Shown here: positions 55,284 to 64,000 of the stretch, piece by piece
Position numbering within the stretch: position 1 is the first letter of the stretch
How the letters are laid out: each line of letters begins with the position of its first letter
From: Octopus sinensis
Lineage: Eukaryota
Length of the DNA stretch: 64,000 nt
Direction of reading: 5' to 3'
Assembly: GCF_006345805.1 (NCBI RefSeq)
Contig: NC_042998.1
Coordinates: 127,658,001-127,722,000, forward strand
Translations under genes and position numbers: made by a program
Notes under the pieces: model-generated
The model's database searches: none
What the model was told of the DNA's origin: nothing
The model's input: only the letters and a program-made list of their open reading frames with translations

Positions 55284-55340
<57 letters not shown>
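53170..55340. repeat. Head-to-tail tandem duplication of a ~1.07-kb unit
   Basis: Unique core 53231-54210 recurs at 54292-55280; differences spotted are microsatellite lengths and single-base indels. Confidence 0.95.
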
Positions 55341-55365
<25 letters not shown>

Positions 55366-56029
55366 GTATGTATATATACATATATATGTGTGTGTGTGTG
55401 TGTGTACATGTATATGTACATGTTTATGTATGTGTTCTCTTGTGCGAGTATATTACATATGCAGATATTTGCTTAATATATATTAGACATATACGTACAC
55501 TCATAAATATATAGTTTTATACATACATATATGACTATGTGTGTGCATAAATACGTAACTAGAGAGAGAGTTGGGTGAGATATATATTCAAATCTGATGT
55601 TTTAGTCGCTTCAGGGATGCTTCAAATTTTATGCGTCCGTTCAAGCGAGAGTTGCGTCCAAATGTTGCAATACAGTGAATAACAATGTGCGACCCATTAA
55701 ATAAACTCTTCTGAATGTGATTAGTAATCTTTCAGAAGCATGTACACTCACACGTATATACACATATTCACAAATGTGTGTGTGTGTGAGAGTGTGCTTG
55801 TACGAATATATGTGTCTGTGTGTATCAGAATATAGGAGAGGCAGTTGCAACTCTTAGATTATTACAGTTTTAGTATATCTTTACCGTATATTTAATAATT
55901 TGTTATTCCAAGTTGAAGGAGTCAAGTGTTAGAGTACATTGAACGCACTCTATTAAATACTGTCTGTCACATATGACTAGTTTGCAGAATGCAGTCGAGA
56001 TATGAAAGCAATTCGGATGCTTAGTATGC

Positions 56030-56555
56030 AATAACGTTTTGTGTTAAACTGACGCCGTGCTCCAGTCTGCTAATCGATTAACTTGTATGAGATTGTATAA
56101 GCGAGCACCTGTTTTTCGATGGCTCAGGAGGCAAGTCCACTGGGAAGCTCATCATGATCTGCATTTTCGACAGCAGCGCTTTCATCTACACTTACTCGCT
56201 TCTCTCTGCCCAAACGGTCAACATAGATTACTTTATAGAGGTTCTGGTGTGTGTGGGGGGTCAGGAAGAGATTTCGTCACAAAATGTCAGAAGGACGCGG
56301 CAGACCACAATTCCATCTAGGTAACCAACCCCTTGACAACAACGCGTATCAAAATTGCCCTTCATACTTGCTACACGCCAGACTTTGCTCTCTACGACTT
56401 GTCATTGTTCTCCAGCCTGAAAGAGAAGATGAAGGAGGCTGTGACCTGTACTCTGGACACCTTCACTCTGGAAGACTTCTCTGGAGCCTTCACGAAGTGG
56501 ATGGAACACGATAGCACCTGCATTGAAATCAGAGGATCCAAATTAGGCGATTAGA
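56030..56555 (+). mobile_element. Degenerate mariner (DD34D-type) transposase fragment
   Basis: KSTGKLIMICIFD..QTVNIDYFIEVL; HTCYTPDFALYDLSLFSSLKEKM; AFTKWMEH..CIEIRG. Confidence 0.8.
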
Positions 56556-56862
56556 ATTTTGTATACGCTCACACTCACACACACAACATACACACACTCA
56601 CACACACATGTGCGAGCGCAAACACACACATACGCAAACATACACTCACAACCATGCACTCCTTAGTATTATTACAACAAAGCTAAACAATATAGTAAAA
56701 AGGGTATTCAGTCAGATTAAGCAGAGGGAAAATATGAGGAACCGAAGATACTGAAACCGACGACTCTTTGTTCATACCGCATTTCATTGACCATTTCACG
56801 TTATATTCTCACGATATTTTCCTGTTTTTCTTTTTTTTTCCCTATATCTTCCATATCGACAG

Positions 56863-56923
56863 ATTCAGAGACCCTAGAATTGTAAAGGATATTTTGCACA
56901 AAACCTCCCTCCCTGAGTCAACG
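56863..56923 (+). CDS. Candidate internal exon (R)FRDPRIVKDILHKTSLPEST
   Basis: Long polypyrimidine acceptor ...tcttccatatcgacAG, donor ACG|GTAAAT, single open frame, phase 2 to 0. Confidence 0.45.
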
Positions 56924-56980
56924 GTAAATATGCCATCGACTGTGTATCACTTCCTTGGTGCATAGTAAATTATGCTACAA

Positions 56981-57965
56981 TCATATAATAACGGGCGTAA
57001 TGTCCGTCTGTACTCACATCATGGCCAAACGATTGGGCCGATTAGCATGAAACTTTGTAGGGGTGTTCGGAGGTCTCTAAGGTGGTTTATGTGTAGGATT
57101 AATCTCTCCCCAACCTCTATTTTCAGAGAAATCCCATCAATTGAGGTAACTTTGGCACCCAGAGAAAACTTTGGCAGAAGGAATAGGGTGGCCTATACCC
57201 TCCTAAAGAGACATGCCTGACCTCCTCCTTCTTCCCCTGCCCCTGTCCCACCACTACCACCCCGTAACTGAGTAATACCATCAATTGACGCAAATTTGGC
57301 ACCCGGAGGTAAGATTTGTAAGAGGAATAGAGAAGCCTGCCTTCTCCTGCAGCGATCAGTCCGACCGCCTTTTCTTCCCCTGACCCCGCCAAACCCCTTC
57401 TCCCTCTATTGAGTAATATTGTCGAATGAAGCAATTTTGGCAACCTGGGCCGCCTACACTAAGTGTGAGAGTCAGATCTCTCCTTTCGAACACATAAACA
57501 GTTTCGAAACATTGTTTACAAAATAACAGCTGATCATTTGCGAAGGGGCGTGTCTACAGCCAACACTTAGGATTTTTGCTCTGGTAGCTGTTCCTACTAT
57601 GTATCATATTACGATGTGCAAAACAGTGAATGCCATGATATGCGTGCATTATATTACACGTTAATTAAAATGTAACAAAATATTTATTCTATGTTGCTCA
57701 TTTATTATTTTATTCGTGTCAGATCATGACACCAAAACAGAAGTCGTCAATTGGGAGAAATACAAGAAATGCTGCTTCTACCAGTAGGACTCGGTCGGAA
57801 GAAGCGTACGGACAAGCCGAACAAGAAAGAGATATAACAGCACAGAGCGCAAAGCGCCAAAATATATAAATGAGAGACTCTGAGCAACAAAGAAATACCT
57901 CAGCACGTCCATCACGTACGCTAAATCCGGCTGTCAGAGATGCAGAACAACAGGAAAATACCACA
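56981..57965 (+). mobile_element. Helitron 5' portion including an N-terminal coding exon remnant
   Basis: a|TC terminus plus atataataacggg..gtccgtctg..catgaaactttg; acceptor AG at 57721-57722, then MTPKQKSSIGRNTRNAA..EQERDIT..*..EQQRNTSAR..EQQENT, resembling the EQ.RNT repeats of Helitron Rep-Hel N-termini. Confidence 0.65.
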
Positions 57966-58074
57966 TGCCTAATTCATGTTTTTGATGCCTGTTTTGATTT
58001 TATTTCACTCAATTTGATAATCTATTATCAAGTAATTTTATAATACAGTATTATACTATTGTCATTTAATATTG

Positions 58075-58710
58075 GTTTCAAATTATGGCTGAATTACGAA
58101 GGTGGGGTTAAGTCGATTACAACGACCAACCGATTGATATTATTTTATTAACCGCAAAAGGATGAAAGGCAAAGACAACCGCGCCGAAATTAAACTCACA
58201 ACATACAGACGGAGGGAATGTCGATAAGCGTTTTACCCGCCGTTAACGACTCTGCCAACTCAGCGTCTTATTCTTTTCTACTCTAGGCACAAGGCCCAAA
58301 ATTTTGGAGGGGGGGCCAGTCGATTATCTCTGCCCAGTACACAACTAGTACTTAATTTATCGGCGCCCAAAGGAGGACAGGCAAAGTCAACCTCGGCAGT
58401 ATTTGAACTCAGAACGTAAAGACAGACGAAATACCGCTAAGTATTTCGTCCGGCGTGGTAAAGTTTCTTATTTCTTTACTATCCACAAGGAGCTAAACAC
58501 AGAAGGGACAAACAAGGACAGACAGACGGATTAAGTCGATTATATCGACCCTAGTGCGTAACTGGTACTTATATAATCGACCCCGAAAGGATGAGAGGCA
58601 AAGTCGACCTAGACGGAATTTGAACTCAGAACGTAGCGGCAGACGAAATACCGCTAAGCATTTCACCCGGTGTGTTAAGGTTTCTGGCAGCTCGCCGACT
58701 TCATCTCAAC
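58075..58710 (-). mobile_element. Cluster of three same-orientation SINEs of different ages or subfamilies
   Basis: The core gtcgatta..gaaaggatgaaaggcaaagtc..gaactcagaacgta..accgctaag is repeated three times (about 58075-58275, 58275-58465, 58465-58710). Confidence 0.88.
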
Positions 58711-58863
58711 GCCTTATTGTCATATCATAATACTAATGTTAAATTAATTCGAGGAATGCGATGGAATGGGTATAATTTCTATTTTATAAAAACATGAAAA
58801 TGAAAGAGTTATTTAATTAGACAAGCTACCTTTCCCACGCTATCTATATATATATAAACATAT

Positions 58864-58959
<96 letters not shown>

Positions 58960-59052
58960 TATATATATGTATGTATGTATATAAGCATAAGCATCTATCT
59001 TTTTATCAATCTATCTCTTCTTTCTTTCTCTTTCTCTTTCTCTCTCTCTCTC

Positions 59053-59089
<37 letters not shown>

Positions 59090-59250
59090 AAGAGTCTGTT
59101 TGTGCGTGTATTTATGTATGTATGTGTGTGTTTGTTTGGTATATATGTGTGTGTCTGTGAGTGTGTGCGTGTGTTTTTTGGGGTCAATACTTAGATAAAT
59201 ACAGTTGGGCTTCCGTATATACACATACACACACACACACACACACATAC

Positions 59251-59281
<31 letters not shown>

Positions 59282-59999
59282 TGCATGTATGCATGTACGC
59301 ATCTATGTCACATTTAGATTTTAACATGAGATTTTAGTTCATAAAGGCCAGATACTATTAAACAACGAAAATATATTGCTTTACCGACGATATATATGTA
59401 AATTCCTAAGCATCTGTAGTTCATGTAATCATTAACAAAGAAAATGGAGTAAAGAACTATGTTTACGGCATAATCCTACAATTGTTCCATCGGAATCTTT
59501 TCCAGAAACTTGCCGCTGGAATAACATTATATAATAAACGAAATAATATATCGAATCAATGTCATTCTGGTAATACTGAAAAATATTGACTCATCAAATT
59601 ATGTACAAATCGATTTGCTCAATGAACCCCCATTACACTAACTAAATGTCCCTCGTTGAAGATGCTCTTATTATTAAATAGTAAAACATTTATTTTCCTC
59701 AATTTGTTTGTTCGCTTTGCTTTGTCTTATTTCTAGACCGGTTAATTTGGATTTGTGGTTTATTATGTATTTAATTTGGTTTTTTTGTTTTGCTTTATTT
59801 GTTTTTGTTTTTTCCTTTTCATTATACTGAAATCATATTCAATGAGTATACATTCTGTAAAATGAAATAAGAACTCATGCAACAAAGCAATTTATACATA
59901 ACCAGATGAGCAGATTTTTCCCAGTATTACCAAAATTTTATTTGTGGGTGTATTATATACGAATCAGAATAATTATTTTGCATATCATATGATAATACT

Positions 60000-60175
60000 G
60001 GTTTCAAATTTTGGCACATAGCCAACAAATTTGGATGAAGGGCTATGTCGATTGCACCGACACCCGGGGGATCAAATAGTACTTATTTTATCGAACACTG
60101 AAATGATGGAAGGCGAAGTCGACCGCGGCGGAATTCTGAACGTAAAGACGATTCTACCAACTAGCAGCCTTATGT
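60000..60175 (-). mobile_element. Diverged SINE
   Basis: Same core as 58075-58710 with a deletion. Confidence 0.7.
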
Positions 60176-60303
60176 TATATAACAGTATTTCAAGAACACG
60201 CTTCTGGTAACGTGTCAATGAAACAATTGTAGACTTACACAGTAAAACGAGTTGTACACAGGGGAAAAGATAACGAAAGATAGACAGAAACATATATGAT
60301 AGT

Positions 60304-60478
<175 letters not shown>

Positions 60479-60624
60479 GCAGGCAACTATAGAAACAATT
60501 GCTTGTTGCCGTAATACTATGTTTCATAAATCATATTTTACCAACGAATGTTTTCACATTTCTCCTTTATCGCTTTATTAATTTCTTTACAGATTTTCAT
60601 ATATGAAATGTCTTTTTCATTTGT

Positions 60625-60720
60625 TAACTTTTTTTATGTCGGCAAAAGATCGAATTTATTACAGTTCTTTCTTCGTTCAAAAAATTATTACGTAATGTTA
60701 TGGCATTATATATCGATATG
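60625..60720 (-). mobile_element. Naiad-type endonuclease extreme C-terminus remnant
   Basis: FLNEERTVINSIFCRHKK* resembles LNKRSE...CRH. Confidence 0.4.
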
Positions 60721-60945
60721 GTTTGCTTATTTTTACCAAGTTGCAAAATAAAACAAAAACGCAGAAAAATGAAATATATAATTTTTTTTTCACTTCCTTT
60801 CGGCTTCACACAACCACATCCATATATATATGTGTATGTTTGAAAATATATGTTAAAGTCTTTAAGTAAAATAGATTTATATATACGTATATCAATAGCA
60901 CTAACATTGCCGTTATCTATATCAATATATATATATATATATATA

Positions 60946-60991
<46 letters not shown>

Positions 60992-61441
60992 ATATATATA
61001 CACATACATACATACACACATATATATACATATATATATATACACACATATATATATATACATATCTATCTCCCCATATACGTATCTCTCTTTATTTCTG
61101 TTGCTGTGTATATAAATACATATATGTATACATACACACACACACATATATATGAATACATATGTAAGCGTATGTGGTGGAAGTGAATGAAAAGTGGAGG
61201 GAAAGGGTTGATGTGTTTACAACATTTCGATAGAATACTATCAAACTACAACGAATTGAAAATTATGTGTGTGTACGTATGACGGGGATAGGGATAGAAA
61301 TGCGCACACATATTTGTGCATACCTACAGAATGAAATGCACATACAGAAATATATATATATATATATATATACGCACACATACACACATACAAGTGTATA
61401 TGCACATAACTTTATATATATATATATACATATACACATAT

Positions 61442-61493
<52 letters not shown>

Positions 61494-61496
<3 letters not shown>

Positions 61497-62335
61497 ACTA
61501 CATATGCGGGAAATTATGTCTGTGGGTTTGTGGAGTTGTTAGCTAACTCCTCGTACATCGTCTTATCGATCCAGATGAAACTTGACACGTGAGTGGAACT
61601 TATATCTGGAATCCTCATGGTATGCTTAGATTGTTGAAAAAAATTGATAATAGGGCCGCTGGAAGGAATCCTTATATAGAAACAAGGGAAATAACCTATT
61701 CGTTTTCTTAAATATTTTGGTAAAAATCAAATTGAGTATGCTTATTTCTTAGTATTTGAACTGTTAGAGTTATTTTCGCTATTTATCCAGTATAACACTT
61801 AAACAAGTAAATAGTGTTTCCCTAAACAATAGATCCACTTATTTCGGTTAGCGGCTTATTCACGAATATACCAACACTAGCGCCCCTGACGGTAATATTC
61901 TCTGGGAACGAACAAAAGCCCGTTTCAGAGTTATTTACTTTGAATTATTATCACATATCTGATTAGCCTATTATTATGTAACATGCTTCATGATTTTAGT
62001 ATACATACCTTATTAGTATTTCCTCCTATGTTCTATATACTCTGGGAACGCATTAAATCCATTTTCGGGGCTACTTTAATTAAGTTCTTACTACCGGGTA
62101 ACTAATTTCATGTTATTACATAACTCACTTCATAATTTGGGTAATCATAACTTATTGGGAATTCCTAAAAACAAGATCCTGTGTAAGACAGTTCGGTATT
62201 CTCTGTAAATGCACAAAACCGTTTTAAGGGCTACATATTCTGTATTGTTGTTATTGACTTAGTGAAACAATTATGAGAACGGGACCAAGGGATAAGACCC
62301 ACTTTCCCTGGAATTACCGGGTACGTCAGATAATA
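61494..62335 (+). mobile_element. Non-autonomous Helitron/HINE-like element
   Basis: 5' aTCtactacatatgcggg..gtctgtgggtttg..gatgaaacttgac; 3' degenerate ccgggtacgtcag end similar to 39482-39500. Confidence 0.5.
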
Positions 62336-62614
62336 TGTATATATCCTTATTAATAAAGGATTATCAATCCGGCGAAGAAACTTCTTCAGTACTGTGTTAA
62401 TACAAATACACCAGCCTAACAAAATATTTTTTTGATTGGTATAGAACTGCAGGTAATCCTATGGAGAAAACTGTAGTCGAAATCCATCACCAGTTGATTT
62501 CTAAATCCATGGTTGCATTACCAACTTAATATGGTATGTTTTCAGAGTGATGTATAAGAAAACGTATTAGTAGTTGGCTTCATGCATCTATTCATTTGTG
62601 CATTGCAGACTTAC

Positions 62615-62664
62615 AGCTGCCTGTGATATGCATTTAAGGTGCGTTTATGTTTCCGTTTTTTGAT
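62615..62664 (-). CDS. Candidate 50-nt coding exon IKKRKHKRTLNAYHRQ(L)
   Basis: Acceptor ttattctcgttcacttttcaacAG, donor CT|GTAAGT, only one open frame, phase 0 to 2. Confidence 0.35.
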
Positions 62665-62757
62665 CTGTTGAAAAGTGAACGAGAATAAAAAATGCTATCG
62701 TCTTCGGAATCAGCGCATCAAGTACAGTATGTATATGTGTGATTTTCTGTAAATTTC

Positions 62758-62839
<82 letters not shown>

Positions 62840-62984
62840 ATATTTCGGAATGGTCATATTGCCAGTTTAGCCAATAAATATTTAAACGTATATATATTTA
62901 TATATATATATGTATATATATATATGTATATGTATATGTATATGCATATGTATACATATATATATATATATGTATGTATATATG

Positions 62985-63038
<54 letters not shown>

Positions 63039-63600
63039 CATATGCATATACATGTATATATCATATTGTATGCTGTATATCTATTACATATGTTTCAAAG
63101 GCATCAAAGGTTTCTACAGCTGGGAGACAGCATCTCTGCTTCCAGAGCTGTCAAGTATATTATCTAGTTAAGAGACTGAGAATGAACACTTTACCTGGCG
63201 GTACATATATATGGACTGGGTTCATGTATCTATGGAATAAAGTGACCGTTAGATTGCAATGAGATGAGAGTATATTAATAAGGGGAGGAAGACGTGCCCG
63301 TAGTTACTGAGTAGTGTACATAGTATCATACCACAGGTCTTTCTCGTACCTACATCCATATATACATTACTAGGTAAGTTGATAAAAAGAGTTATTATTC
63401 CCCGATATCTCATTCATATTCTGTTTACGGTCATGAACCTTCAAATCATTATCTATAACCACAAAAATTACAAACAATGAATATATTTCACTCCACTACG
63501 CGAAATGAGTAGACTAGTTTTGTTCGTACTAATAAAATCTATCTAATGTATGTGTGTGTATGTGTATATATATAACACGTATTTATGTGTATATATGTGC

Positions 63601-63668
<68 letters not shown>

Positions 63669-63894
63669 GAGTGTGTGTGTATATATTCGGACATACATAT
63701 ATATAAGTATAAGCAAATGTGTGTACTTAACGATATATATGCCCGATATTTATATGTGTGAGTGTGTGTATGTTTGTGTGTATGTGTGTGTGCGTGCGCA
63801 TATCAATGTTCATATAATACGAATCATTTACACATATAAGTATATATATATATATTATATACGTTTGCGTATATATTATATATTATATATATAT

Positions 63895-63936
<42 letters not shown>

Positions 63937-64000
63937 ATATATATAATATATATTATATATATACTTATATATATATATACATTTATATATATACTTATAT

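Noticed and set aside
62415-62452. Possible next plus-strand exon (…DWYRTA) with a CAG|GTAATC donor
   Set aside because: Poor acceptor, and the T7 run puts a TGA in frame; it would need an assembly error.

Overview
This is AT-rich, microsatellite-saturated animal genomic DNA. It is most likely from a coleoid cephalopod such as Octopus, inferred from the tRNA-derived SINE families, the (TA)n/(CA)n/(TAGA)n/(TATG)n load and the retroelement types. No host gene can be named with confidence, and most ORFs in the supplied track are microsatellite artefacts. The window is dominated by transposable-element remains: Penelope-like elements (PLEs), R4/Dong, CR1 and RTE LINE fragments, DD41D and mariner DNA transposons, Helitron-type elements, MITE/foldback palindromes and many SINEs. 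Four observations stand out. (1) A 5'-truncated but otherwise almost intact Naiad-type PLE on the minus strand (~9.1-13.2 kb): its RT-GIY-YIG frame is broken by a single homopolymer frameshift, and it ends in a complete type I hammerhead ribozyme. (2) Three copies of a minimal, obligate-dimer hammerhead carrying a non-canonical A6U core. (3) A sharply bounded ~2.5 kb block (44.1-46.6 kb) of PLE-derived DNA eroded to ~10-28% GC in sampled 60-nt lines, in which CpG appears spared, suggesting a RIP-like targeted mutation process. (4) Small phase-compatible candidate exons of an unidentified plus-strand gene (49.1-56.9 kb), plus two candidate minus-strand exons. All family assignments come from motif recognition by eye, not database searches.
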